From positions 296 through 64,295 of the forward strand of contig DAOVET010000004.1 of assembly GCA_030668825.1 (NCBI GenBank): a stretch of 64,000 bases of DNA, in the 5' to 3' direction. The notes beneath the pieces are model-generated. The model did not search any database, had not been told where the DNA came from, and saw only the letters and a program-made list of their open reading frames with translations. A program made the position numbers and the translations under genes. This document shows positions 1 through 9,230 of the stretch, piece by piece (the stretch's first letter is position 1; every line of letters begins with the position of its first letter). Origin of the DNA: Candidatus Heimdallarchaeota archaeon (GTDB lineage: Archaea > Asgardarchaeota > Heimdallarchaeia > Heimdallarchaeales > Heimdallarchaeaceae).

Positions 1-1
1 C

Positions 2-166
2 TACCATTATGATTTTGTTTTCCATCAAGAAACAATCAATCTAGCAATTGAAACTAACTTACCTAAAAGAATCCATTCAATAATAGCTAGACAGAAAGTA
101 TTGAGTGAAAGACCTAATATTGAAGAGATAATTGAAACTATTGAATATTTCAGAAGTGGAAGTTGA
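2..166 (+). CDS. 3' end of an upstream gene truncated by the window edge (hypothetical protein)
   Basis: Frame-2 ORF is open from the window edge to a TGA at 164-166. Its stop overlaps the TTG start of the next gene (TTGA), suggesting translational coupling. No recognisable domain in the 54 aa visible. Confidence 0.3.
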   Translation, partial: YHYDFVFHQETINLAIETNLPKRIHSIIARQKVLSERPNIEEIIETIEYFRSGS

Positions 167-1239
167 AGCAAGTGCTAATCAAACGAATCTTAATCATTAC
201 AGAACATGGTGTTCCTATCTTTGATTATGAAGAGTATGGAAGAGATGATGAAGTCTTAGTTTCAGGATTATTGACAGCAATCCTAAGATTCGTTGAGGAA
301 ATTGAAAAGGAAAAACTTTCAAGGCTTCTTCTCGAGGAAAGTCAGTTTCTTGTTATTTCCAAAGAATCTCTTATTTTCATTTTCCAGATTTCAGATGAGA
401 TGCCTAGTGATTATGCAGAATATGTAAGTAATTGTATGTTTGAAAAATTTGTGAAGGAGTATGGTGAGCAGATTAATTCTTTTAATGGAAACGTAAGCGT
501 TTTTCGTGAATTTCAAGATAGATGTAAGGAAATCCTCCTTGAATGTGGTGCAGATGTGGCTGATGTCTTAATTCATGATCAAGAAGGTCGAAATCTTCGA
601 GCTTGGTGTTTATTATCACTTGATTATGAACCACTTATTGTAAGAGCAAGTGCTCCAAACTATAATATTGATAGTTTTACCATTTTTCAGGTATTAGGTA
701 AAAGTGTGAAGAAGGTTACTTCTAAGTTAGCTAACTACTCTAAAGGAACTTGCTTCCACGTTACGCATAATGGAAATGTTATTCAAACAATTATTCTACC
801 TCACGCTATTATAATAACCGAATCATATGTAGAAGAGCTAAAAGCAAAAGGAATAAAACAATTTAAAACAAAAACAGCTCAGCAGTTGATTAAAATATTT
901 ACTAAAACATACACCCCAGATTCTATAGATGTTTATAGTAAAAACTTGGTTTCAACCACAACACAAAAAGAAATCCATGAAGATCAAAAGTTTATACTAG
1001 ATCTGTTCAAAGCAGCAGAAAAAGGATTTCAATACTTATTTGATTCCCCAACACATTTACAGATTCTAAACTATGATGAGAAAAGCTATATCTATGTTAA
1101 ATTAATTAATCGAACAATTATCATGGAATTTAACAGAACAGTTTCTGTGTCAACAATTATAGAACATACGAAGAAAGTGTTCGAAGAAGCGATAATTGTT
1201 AAGGACGATATCCCTGCAGCAGTGCTAGAAAGACAGTAG
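163..1239 (+). CDS. Soluble protein carrying the Roadblock/LC7-like module shared with the surface-receptor paralogs
   Basis: N-terminus 'ILIITEHGVPIFDYEE...VSGLLTAILRFVEEI...QFLVISKESLIFIFQISDE' aligns block-for-block with the cytoplasmic domains of ORFs 11744-15376, 15478-19062, 19170-22364 and with ORF 22473-23174. TTG or GTG start; no in-frame ATG until residue ~80. Confidence 0.6.
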   Translation: MKQVLIKRILIITEHGVPIFDYEEYGRDDEVLVSGLLTAILRFVEEIEKEKLSRLLLEESQFLVISKESLIFIFQISDEMPSDYAEYVSNCMFEKFVKEYGEQINSFNGNVSVFREFQDRCKEILLECGADVADVLIHDQEGRNLRAWCLLSLDYEPLIVRASAPNYNIDSFTIFQVLGKSVKKVTSKLANYSKGTCFHVTHNGNVIQTIILPHAIIITESYVEELKAKGIKQFKTKTAQQLIKIFTKTYTPDSIDVYSKNLVSTTTQKEIHEDQKFILDLFKAAEKGFQYLFDSPTHLQILNYDEKSYIYVKLINRTIIMEFNRTVSVSTIIEHTKKVFEEAIIVKDDIPAAVLERQ

Positions 1240-2203
1240 TGGCAGTAATGTCAGCTGTAGTTCCTGGATTTATTTGGGAATCTTGTGACGTTCTAAGATA
1301 GGCATCTAACTCTTTTATTTTTGTTTGGCCATCATCAGTAAATATTCCACCAGCTTGAACAACTTCCTTTGCTTCTTTATTAACATATGAAGCAATTTCA
1401 TTACCAAATCTTTTAGCTATATGAGTATCTTTCTTTTCTGAAAGCAATGTAATATAAGTTTGAGTAATTGATTTTCTGAAATTCTGATTCTCTTCAAATG
1501 CTCTCAAAAACGTAGTATAACCATATTTTAGTGTGATCTGGTATTTATGTGATAATTCGTGAAAGATGAGATCTCTACCCTTATAGAATTTTGTGTATTC
1601 GTAAAGATTTGTTCTTTCATGTTTATAGATTTCCAAAAATGAATTGAAATCATCTTCCTCCTTATCAGATGGGAGCAAATTATCTGAAACAGATTTATTT
1701 AAAGCTTCTGTGAGATAGATGCAATCTTCTGTAGTGGAATTTTTGAGAAACTGTTCCGATATATAGACTACGTTGTCTAGATTTAATCGAGTATTGGTCT
1801 TCATACCTTCATTAGCAAAACTATGAGCTGCTCCAAGCGTAAGTGGTGCAAACATTATCAAAGTCCCTAGTATAGTATTTCCTGGACTCTTGTACCATGT
1901 TAGTGCTCTGTCTAGAGCTCTTTCAATGAAAAAACCAATTTCCGCATCCTCATACCACAAATGATTTTCAGCAACAAGAATTCCTCTCTTTGAAAGTCCA
2001 AAAATTGGAGCATAAAGATTACTACCTCCCACTAAGAAGTGCTCAGTTTTAGTATCTTTAAATTCATTTCTAAAGGAAGCACCTCCAGGCTTTGAATCTG
2101 TTGCATATAAGAGGTTATGTGAAAGAACAGCACATTGAGAGACATATAATTGTACATCAAGTACCTTACCTTTAACATCATTAGATATTTTTGAGAAAGG
2201 CAT
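1199..2203 (-). CDS. CitG/MdcB-family triphosphoribosyl-dephospho-CoA synthase-like protein
   Basis: 'DSKPGGASF' near the N-terminus and 'NPGTTADITATTVFLALL' near the C-terminus match the conserved 'PKPGLVDR' and 'SPGGSADLLxxTxFL' blocks of CitG-family enzymes. 334 aa. Confidence 0.55.
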   Translation of the reverse strand: MPFSKISNDVKGKVLDVQLYVSQCAVLSHNLLYATDSKPGGASFRNEFKDTKTEHFLVGGSNLYAPIFGLSKRGILVAENHLWYEDAEIGFFIERALDRALTWYKSPGNTILGTLIMFAPLTLGAAHSFANEGMKTNTRLNLDNVVYISEQFLKNSTTEDCIYLTEALNKSVSDNLLPSDKEEDDFNSFLEIYKHERTNLYEYTKFYKGRDLIFHELSHKYQITLKYGYTTFLRAFEENQNFRKSITQTYITLLSEKKDTHIAKRFGNEIASYVNKEAKEVVQAGGIFTDDGQTKIKELDAYLRTSQDSQINPGTTADITATTVFLALLQGYRP

Positions 2204-2431
2204 TCAAAAAAAGTAAATTGTATTCTATTTTGAATGCATCGGTAATTGAGAAACTAATAGATTGCGGGTTGTTGAAAAGATATCTTATGTATCATATCGG
2301 ACTAACGTTAAGTTTAATTATGTTCGTGTGCTACTAATTATTGTAATGTTTCCAAAAGGGAAAGATTCGATTTTTGTTTGTAAATTTTCAATAGACATAG
2401 TATTATCTTTTCATGGTATAGGTGATTAAAA

Positions 2432-3001
2432 GTGAATAAAAATCTAAGAAAAAGTGATACACTTGCACACACAACAGGTTCTTTTATTAGCATTTTGAAG
2501 GATGTAAACAATGTTTGGGATGAAAAAACCCAGAAAATAATTTCCTTAAGCCCTGATGTGTTTAGAGATGTTAAAGAGGTCATTTCTTCAAAAGGCAAGA
2601 TCGTTACAAAAAAGGAAAAAATAATTGCAAACCTTACAACATTATGTAATCTTTACAATGAGATGGAGCAAGTCAGTGCAGAACGAGTTGATCTAATGAT
2701 TGAGATGGAAGGCTTAGACTTTCCCATTAAAACGCCCAAAAAATTGCTCGATTTATGCAAAAGGGATGTAGAAACGAATAAATTGTTGAAAACCATTGCT
2801 CATAACATCAGTAAGACAATGAATTTCATAGAACAAAATATAACATATGTTGAATTATTAGAAACCTCATTAAAATCATTTGAATCTGCTTTTACAGAAT
2901 ATAATGAAGTCATAGATATCAGTAGATTTCTAACTGCAAATCTAGAGAAAGAATTAGAAAAAGAGTTCAAAAAAGCACGCAAATATGGAGACATTGTCTA
3001 A
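2432..3001 (+). CDS. hypothetical protein
   Basis: 189-aa ORF with K/E-rich helical composition typical of this genome. No recognisable motif. Confidence 0.4.
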   Translation: MNKNLRKSDTLAHTTGSFISILKDVNNVWDEKTQKIISLSPDVFRDVKEVISSKGKIVTKKEKIIANLTTLCNLYNEMEQVSAERVDLMIEMEGLDFPIKTPKKLLDLCKRDVETNKLLKTIAHNISKTMNFIEQNITYVELLETSLKSFESAFTEYNEVIDISRFLTANLEKELEKEFKKARKYGDIV

Positions 3002-3024
3002 TTTTCTCTTTTATTTTCTAATAT

Positions 3025-4608
3025 TTGAAAAAAGTTATTAGAAGATACTGTTTATTTGATTCAATGAATAATAATTCTGAAAAAGTTTTTACTATCAAAA
3101 TGACTAGAGCTTTAGAAGACAATGTCTTTTTTACAGGAGTAACAATTTATGAGATGATGGAAACCGCTGGACAAGTAATAGCTGAAGAAATCGAAAATTA
3201 TTTTAATTCAAAATATCTGAAGGATATTGTCTTTCTGGTTGGATTTGGAAATAATGGAGGCGACGGATTAGTTGCTGCTAGATATCTTCTAGAAAAAGAA
3301 TACAGCTGTAAGATAGTTGTGGTAGGGGATAAGACCAAATTCAACTCTTTGGCATCACAAGAAAATTACAATAAACTGAAAGCTGTTTTACCAATAGAAA
3401 ACTGGTATCAGATAAGAGAAATATCTGATATTGAACGAATATTTGTGGAGATTGGAAAAGAAAACCTTCTCATAGACTGCATCTTTGGAATTGGAATCCA
3501 AGGAAGTTTGAGAGAGCCTTATTATTCTTTGATTGATTTCATTAATCAAGAATACAAGGGAGGCATAATTTCCGTAGATCTACCATCTGGGTATGATTCT
3601 GAAGTAGATAATGAGATGTTCATCAGAAATCCCAAAAAAATAATATGCATTGGAAGAAACAAAATTGTAGCAAAGATTTTCTCTGAAACCGAAACTGTAG
3701 TCAGAAATATAGGAATCCCATTAAAAGCTGAGAAATACATTGGTTTCGGAGATTTGAAATGGTATTACCCTAGAAGAAAATCAAACAGCCATAAGCGCCA
3801 AAACGGTGTGATTACAATCATTGCAGGTTCGATGGACTATATTGGTGCTCCAGCTTTAGCTGGAATGGGAGCTTTTAGGACAGGTGCGGATCTTATCTTT
3901 ATTCTTACTCCTTCTGATATTAGGAATACAGTAGCATCTTACAGACCAGATTTTATTACTATTCCAGCTAGTCAAAAAGAGATAGAACCGTCAGATATAG
4001 AAGACCTTTTCTCACATCCAAGGATTGAAGGTTCCAGTTTTATTATAGGACCTGGAATGATGAATTCACAAACTACGAGAAACACTCTACTTAAATTCTT
4101 GGAGAATGAAGAAAAGCGACAGGTTGTGATTGATGCAAGTGCTCTAAGTATGATGGATGAAGAACATCTCAAACTGCTTAAGAATCATAATGTTGTTTTA
4201 ACACCACATAAAGGAGAGTTTAGGAGTATTTTTGGCATAAATTTGACAGGAGATTTAGAATCCAATTCAAAGATTGTTACTGAAACAGCTCAGAAATGGA
4301 ATACCACAATTCTACTGAAAGGAGAAATTGATATAATCTCAAATGGTAAAATAACCAAATTTAATGAAACAGGTCATCCTGGAATGAGCGTAGGAGGAAC
4401 TGGAGATGTTCTAACAGGAATAGTTGCAGCGTTATTATCAGTAACTGAAGATCCTTTTCTTTCTTCATGCTTAGGTGTTTTTATCTCAGGTGCGGCTGGA
4501 GAACTAGCGGCTAGAAGTTTCGGTGATGGTCTCATAGCATCAGATATACCTAATTTCATATATCCTATTATAGAAAAGGCATTAAATTTTAGAGCTAAAG
4601 AAATTTGA
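3025..4608 (+). CDS. nnr: Bifunctional NAD(P)H-hydrate repair enzyme (YjeF-N epimerase + ADP-dependent dehydratase)
   Basis: N-terminal YjeF_N motif 'LVGFGNNGGDGLVAARYL'. C-terminal carbohydrate-kinase-like dehydratase motif 'GGTGDVLTGIVAALL'. 527 aa; the true start is probably an internal Met ('MNNNSEK'). Confidence 0.88.
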   Translation: MKKVIRRYCLFDSMNNNSEKVFTIKMTRALEDNVFFTGVTIYEMMETAGQVIAEEIENYFNSKYLKDIVFLVGFGNNGGDGLVAARYLLEKEYSCKIVVVGDKTKFNSLASQENYNKLKAVLPIENWYQIREISDIERIFVEIGKENLLIDCIFGIGIQGSLREPYYSLIDFINQEYKGGIISVDLPSGYDSEVDNEMFIRNPKKIICIGRNKIVAKIFSETETVVRNIGIPLKAEKYIGFGDLKWYYPRRKSNSHKRQNGVITIIAGSMDYIGAPALAGMGAFRTGADLIFILTPSDIRNTVASYRPDFITIPASQKEIEPSDIEDLFSHPRIEGSSFIIGPGMMNSQTTRNTLLKFLENEEKRQVVIDASALSMMDEEHLKLLKNHNVVLTPHKGEFRSIFGINLTGDLESNSKIVTETAQKWNTTILLKGEIDIISNGKITKFNETGHPGMSVGGTGDVLTGIVAALLSVTEDPFLSSCLGVFISGAAGELAARSFGDGLIASDIPNFIYPIIEKALNFRAKEI

Positions 4609-4612
4609 ATAT

Positions 4613-5482
4613 TTAGGGACTTGGTGATAAAGAGACTACAATTGTTCCAATTCCCAAATGAGTAGCAAGTGCAGGTGTTAAATAATTAATAATCTTTTCA
4701 CCTAAAGGTATCTTAGTTTCGAGTTCTTTCATAATCTTGGCTGCTGCTTCCTCATCATCACCATGAGTTATCATTAGATCATATTGTTTGTTCTTCTTTA
4801 TTCTACTTAGAACTTCTTTAATAACTCTATTTTGAGCCTTTTCTTTTCCTGCGGCTTTGTCTACTGGTACCAAAACTCCATCTTTAAGCTCAATAATTGG
4901 TTTTGCTTTAAGCAGATTCCCAACGAAAAATCTAAGATTAGATATTCTTCCTGATTTCTTAAGATTATCTAGATTCTCTACATATCCAACAAGAAGAGAT
5001 TCGTCTCGTATCTCTTCTGCTCTCTTAACTATCTCTTCTTCAGGAACCCCCCTTCTCGCCAGTTTAGCAATTGCTAAAGAGACAAATGCTAAAACACCAG
5101 AACCAAATTTTGAATCTATTAAATAAATTTTTTTATCTTTGATTCTTTTTGTAACAATTCTTGCTGATTGAAATGTTGCTGATAATTTAGATGATAAAGT
5201 TGTTATAAATATGGAGGAGTAACTTTTCATTGCTTCTGAGATTTTGTCAAGAAAATCTTTAGGACTTGGAGCTGAAGTTGTTGGTAATTCTTTGAATTCT
5301 CTAAGCATTTTATAGTAATCTTCAACTTTGAGATCAATTCCATCTGCATACATTTTATCTTCATAATGAATATAAACCGGCACTATATCGATATCATACT
5401 TCTCAGCTAATTCCTGAGGAAGATCAGAGGTACTATCAACGATTACTTTCACTTTCTTAATTTCCATACTAATCATCTTCAA
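4613..5482 (-). CDS. DegV family fatty-acid-binding protein
   Basis: 'KVKVIVDSTSDLPQELAEKYDIDIVPV' is the DegV N-terminal signature. Length (~280 aa) is typical. Confidence 0.8.
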   Translation of the reverse strand: MKMISMEIKKVKVIVDSTSDLPQELAEKYDIDIVPVYIHYEDKMYADGIDLKVEDYYKMLREFKELPTTSAPSPKDFLDKISEAMKSYSSIFITTLSSKLSATFQSARIVTKRIKDKKIYLIDSKFGSGVLAFVSLAIAKLARRGVPEEEIVKRAEEIRDESLLVGYVENLDNLKKSGRISNLRFFVGNLLKAKPIIELKDGVLVPVDKAAGKEKAQNRVIKEVLSRIKKNKQYDLMITHGDDEEAAAKIMKELETKIPLGEKIINYLTPALATHLGIGTIVVSLSPSP

Positions 5483-5613
5483 ATTTTACTTTCTGTTAAT
5501 TGGTACAATTGATGATAAATAATCTAAATGGTTGAGAACAATCATCTATGAACTATATAAATTATTTCACTAAACATTCTCTGATAAAAGAATATATGAA
5601 GAAAAACAAACAA

Positions 5614-6534
5614 CTATTTTCGAATTTTTCTTGTTTTTCGAACTGCTCTTTCTTCTTCTTTTGCTTTCTTTTTAGCTCTTTTTTCTTCTGCAGTTCTAGC
5701 TCTCTCTCTTCGTTTTTCTCGTTCTTTCATTTGTTTATCTTTCTCTTTCTCTTGCTTTTGTTTCTCTTTGTCAGAGAGTTTCTTAACTTCCTTCTTTACA
5801 ATAGTTGGAATGGGTAAATCCTTTGTTTGAGCAGTAACTTTAGCAAAATACTTGAGAACTGTCATAGCAAATTTTGTGAGTACTAGGAGATCTGCAGGTT
5901 TTTTAGTCATGTTGAATTTTAGCTCGAAATGAGGTTCATCAGTTCGAACAGAAATCCACTGAATTTCCTTTGGATATTCTCCAAGAGCTTTCAGGAAAGT
6001 TTTGCTCCTTATCAATTGATTAATGGCTCTTACTCTATTGGACTTTATCAAGAATGAGTCATTAACTTTTTGTTCAGGAGAAGCTATATCGTCAATTTCT
6101 ACAAGATAATCAAAATCCTTTCGAATAGCTGATTTCATCTTATAAGGTATCACTTCGAATAATACTCTAGGTTTATCTGGAAAATTCGCTGCTAAACCGA
6201 ATGAATCTTTATTTCTAAAGAACAATCCATCTACTAGCATGGTTGGAAAAGAGGTTCTTGGTAATAAAATAATCCAAGCAGAAGTACTCGTTACAGCATA
6301 CTCTTCACCCATTTGGCACCTAATTTCTATTTGACGATCATTAGGGTCTTTTCTAGAATAATTCATAATATACGGATCTATTGCTGTAAGAACTTCATCT
6401 ATATAGAACTCTTTCTTCTTCTTATTGGCAAATTTACCCCAAACATAAAAACCAAGATATAATCCAATAAATATAAGTACGGGAAGAAGCATTACTAGAA
6501 TTGATCCAAAGTCGAATAAATCTGAATTAGTCAT
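5614..6534 (-). CDS. Membrane-anchored hypothetical protein with a Lys/Glu/Arg-rich C-terminal tail
   Basis: N-terminal TM helix 'ILVMLLPVLIFIGLYLGFYVW', a central globular region, and a C-terminal ~70 aa that is almost entirely K/E/R. The opposite-strand ORF 5548-5817 is a low-complexity shadow. Confidence 0.5.
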   Translation of the reverse strand: MTNSDLFDFGSILVMLLPVLIFIGLYLGFYVWGKFANKKKKEFYIDEVLTAIDPYIMNYSRKDPNDRQIEIRCQMGEEYAVTSTSAWIILLPRTSFPTMLVDGLFFRNKDSFGLAANFPDKPRVLFEVIPYKMKSAIRKDFDYLVEIDDIASPEQKVNDSFLIKSNRVRAINQLIRSKTFLKALGEYPKEIQWISVRTDEPHFELKFNMTKKPADLLVLTKFAMTVLKYFAKVTAQTKDLPIPTIVKKEVKKLSDKEKQKQEKEKDKQMKEREKRRERARTAEEKRAKKKAKEEERAVRKTRKIRK

Positions 6535-6596
6535 GATAATTACCGGTATTATTCTAACCCTTCAGAGAAGAACACCTATTTTAATTCTTGGTTTTG

Positions 6597-7160
6597 TTAT
6601 ATCTTCATCTTGTCGCTTTTTCTTCTGATAATGTCACGTCCCAAATCGATAAAAGCTTCATTAACATTTGTTCCTACAAGAGCACAAGTTGAATAGAAAT
6701 CAGTTAATTCAATGTGAGGATATTTATCTTTGAAATTATCTACAAAAGTCTTCGCTTGCTCGTTCCAAAAGTTATTTTGAGCTTCTTCCATCAAATCGTC
6801 TTTGTTACCTAATACTAATATTGGAATTTTTTCCTTGATAGATGAATTAAGTTCTTTTAACCATTTCTCCAGATTAGCAAACGTTTCAGGGCGACTCTTG
6901 TCAAAAACTAGTAAGCCCCCTTCAGAACCAAGATATTGTTTCTCTCTAAGTCTAGCAAATTCTTCCTGACCACCAAGATCCCAGATTTGAAACATTATCT
7001 CTATATCCTCGTCTATATGTTTGTGAGAGGCTAAATCCACTCCAAGAGTGCTCATATATGCTTCTTCAAGATGAAGTCCCATAAAACTCCTTTTTAAAGT
7101 GGTTTTTCCAGTAGCATAATCTCCTAGAAGTACAATTTTGACAGTTCCGTAAACAGACAT
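6597..7160 (-). CDS. Ras/Rab-like small GTPase
   Basis: G1 'LLGDYATGKTTL', G3 'WDLGGQEEF', G4 'LGNKDDL' and a G5-like 'YSTCALVG'. The ORF-track entry 6597-7622 is a stop-free run through the divergent promoter. The real start is the ATG at 7158-7160 ('MSVYGTVKIVLLG'), giving 187 aa. No C-terminal CAAX Cys. Confidence 0.85.
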   Translation of the reverse strand: MSVYGTVKIVLLGDYATGKTTLKRSFMGLHLEEAYMSTLGVDLASHKHIDEDIEIMFQIWDLGGQEEFARLREKQYLGSEGGLLVFDKSRPETFANLEKWLKELNSSIKEKIPILVLGNKDDLMEEAQNNFWNEQAKTFVDNFKDKYPHIELTDFYSTCALVGTNVNEAFIDLGRDIIRRKSDKMKI

Positions 7161-7274
7161 GACGGTTCTATTCCTAAATTGTATATTTATTAGGTTTTCT
7201 AATATTCCTTCTGTTTCACAAATGATGAGGTTAGATGAAAAGTTTAACAATATGTAATAAAATAACAAAGTTGT

Positions 7275-8285
7275 ATGCCTTTCACAGTAGTTTGCGGTGG
7301 TTTTTGGGGAGATGAAGGAAAAGGAAAACTCCTCTCCTATCTGGCCTTGAAAGATGATCTTGAAAGCGTTGTTCGTGCTGGTGTTGGAACAAATGCTGGT
7401 CATACAATCGAATTTGAGAATCGTGAATATAAACTTCGAATGGTTCCTTCTGGTTTTGTTAACCCTAAGGTAAGAATGCTCATTGGAGCTGGAGTGTTGG
7501 TAGATCCAAAGGTCTTGTTTAAAGAACTCAAGGAAACTAAGACTGAGGATAGAATGGGCGTTGATTATCAATGTGGTATAATTGAGCAAAAACACATAGA
7601 AATTGATTCTACTAATGCTCATCTAAAAGAAAAAATAGGCTCTACAGGCAGCGGAACAGGTCCTGCTAACATGGACCGAGCTATGCGTTCTCTCAAACTA
7701 GCACGAGACATCCCCGAGTTACAACCGTATCTAACCGATGTCAGTGTTGAAATAAATGATTCTTTAGATGAAGGAAAAAATGTTATGGCGGAGGGAAGCC
7801 AAGCTATTCTACTCTCATTATTCCATGGCTCATATCCCTATGTTACTTCAAAAGATACTTCTGCAGCCGCAATTTGCTCCGATGTTGGAGTAGGTCCTAC
7901 AAGAGTTGATGAAGTGATAGTTGTTATGAAAGCATTCCTTACTAGAGTTGGTGCTGGTGATTTGCCTGGTGAATTATCTGAAGAAGAAACTGTGAAACGT
8001 GGATGGACTGAATACGGAGCTGTTACTGGGAGATTAAGAAGAGCTGCTCCATTCAATTACGCTTTGGCTAAGAAATCAGTTAGACTAAATGGTGCTACTC
8101 AAATTGCTCTAACTAAACTTGACATTGTCTTTCCCGAGATAAAAAAATCAAATGATATTGGTCAGATTAAAGGGGATGTTGCTGAATTCGTTGATAAAAT
8201 AGAAGAAGCTACCAAAATCAAAGTAGCTATAATTGGTACTGGCCCTTCAGCTGAGGACATTATAGATTTAAGAAATTCCATCTAA
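7275..8285 (+). CDS. purA: Adenylosuccinate synthetase (short archaeal form)
   Basis: 'VVCGGFWGDEGKGK' P-loop of the AdSS family and 'GTNAGHT'. 336 aa, typical of archaeal PurA. Confidence 0.9.
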   Translation: MPFTVVCGGFWGDEGKGKLLSYLALKDDLESVVRAGVGTNAGHTIEFENREYKLRMVPSGFVNPKVRMLIGAGVLVDPKVLFKELKETKTEDRMGVDYQCGIIEQKHIEIDSTNAHLKEKIGSTGSGTGPANMDRAMRSLKLARDIPELQPYLTDVSVEINDSLDEGKNVMAEGSQAILLSLFHGSYPYVTSKDTSAAAICSDVGVGPTRVDEVIVVMKAFLTRVGAGDLPGELSEEETVKRGWTEYGAVTGRLRRAAPFNYALAKKSVRLNGATQIALTKLDIVFPEIKKSNDIGQIKGDVAEFVDKIEEATKIKVAIIGTGPSAEDIIDLRNSI

Positions 8286-8297
8286 CTGAACTGCATA

Positions 8298-9215
8298 ATG
8301 TTTATATTAGATGAAATCTGTTTTAAATCGAATAAGAGAATGACTAAAATTCCCTCCAAATTACACCCAGATTATCAAGATGAATTTTTCCTAAATCTGG
8401 ATAAAATATTAGTACCAATTGGAGGAAAACCGTTCGAATGTACAGGTTTAGAATTAGCTTTTTACATATCTCATGAATATGGAGCAAAATTAGACTTACT
8501 CCATATTGGAACTGATCCTGGTAGTAATATTGATGGTTATCTCAAAAAACTTCATAAGTTTGAAGTTGAACATGATCTGGTTACAATAAAGAAACCTCAT
8601 GTTCCCAAAGCTATTGTTGATTATTGGAGGGAATATAGACACGATCTCGTCATAATGTCTGGGAAAAGACGACCAACTATTTTTGATAAAATGACCATTC
8701 CAAGCATATCTAATTCAGTGATACCACAAATTGAAACAGAAATCCTTCAAATATTTCCTCCCACGATGCAAAAAGTTTCTGACAAACTCAAGAATATTGC
8801 TGTACTATTACCCTATTCTAAAAGAGACCCATTTCTATTGAGGTGGGCTTCAGCTATAGCAGCACCTCAAAAGGGTGCTAAGGTGAAAGTTTACTATATA
8901 GCTCAAGTTCCAGGGACAGTTCCATTGAGTGGAGCTGCACAGGAAAAAATAATAAAGAAAGAGAAAAGTGTTTTCAAAAAGTATATTGAAGAATATGAGA
9001 GGGTTTTTGGACGGATAATCAAACCTAGCTTCATATTAGGTCATGGGGTTTTGCCTGCCCTAGAATCTATCTTTCAGAAAGATGAACCAGATTTAGTTAT
9101 TATCGGTAGAACAAAAGAAAGAAATTTCTGGCAGAAAATATCAAAATGTCTTTCAAGTAAAATAAGAGATAAACTTCTGAATCCTGGAGTTTGTATTCAT
9201 CATATGTCGGAATAA
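8298..9215 (+). CDS. Tandem universal-stress-protein (USP)-like domain protein
   Basis: Two halves each show a USP-like beginning ('KILVPIGGKP...ELAFYISHEYGAKLDLLHI'; 'KNIAVLLPYSKRDP...') and a USP-like C-terminal 'DLVIMSGKRR' / 'DLVIIGRTKER'. Confidence 0.5.
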   Translation: MFILDEICFKSNKRMTKIPSKLHPDYQDEFFLNLDKILVPIGGKPFECTGLELAFYISHEYGAKLDLLHIGTDPGSNIDGYLKKLHKFEVEHDLVTIKKPHVPKAIVDYWREYRHDLVIMSGKRRPTIFDKMTIPSISNSVIPQIETEILQIFPPTMQKVSDKLKNIAVLLPYSKRDPFLLRWASAIAAPQKGAKVKVYYIAQVPGTVPLSGAAQEKIIKKEKSVFKKYIEEYERVFGRIIKPSFILGHGVLPALESIFQKDEPDLVIIGRTKERNFWQKISKCLSSKIRDKLLNPGVCIHHMSE

Positions 9216-9230
9216 AAAGAGAGTGAATAT

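Noticed and set aside
2338-2598. 86-aa minus-strand ORF
   Set aside because: It overlaps the better-supported plus-strand ORF 2432-3001 and the divergent promoter region. No motif.
5548-5817. 89-aa plus-strand ORF
   Set aside because: Phe/Ser/Leu low-complexity product lying antisense to the K/E-rich tail of the 5614-6534 gene; a shadow ORF.
6597-7622. 341-aa ORF-track entry for the small GTPase
   Set aside because: The first 154 codons are low-complexity translation of the divergent promoter region and overlap the purA start. The G-domain begins at the ATG at 7158-7160, so the gene is trimmed to 6597-7160.
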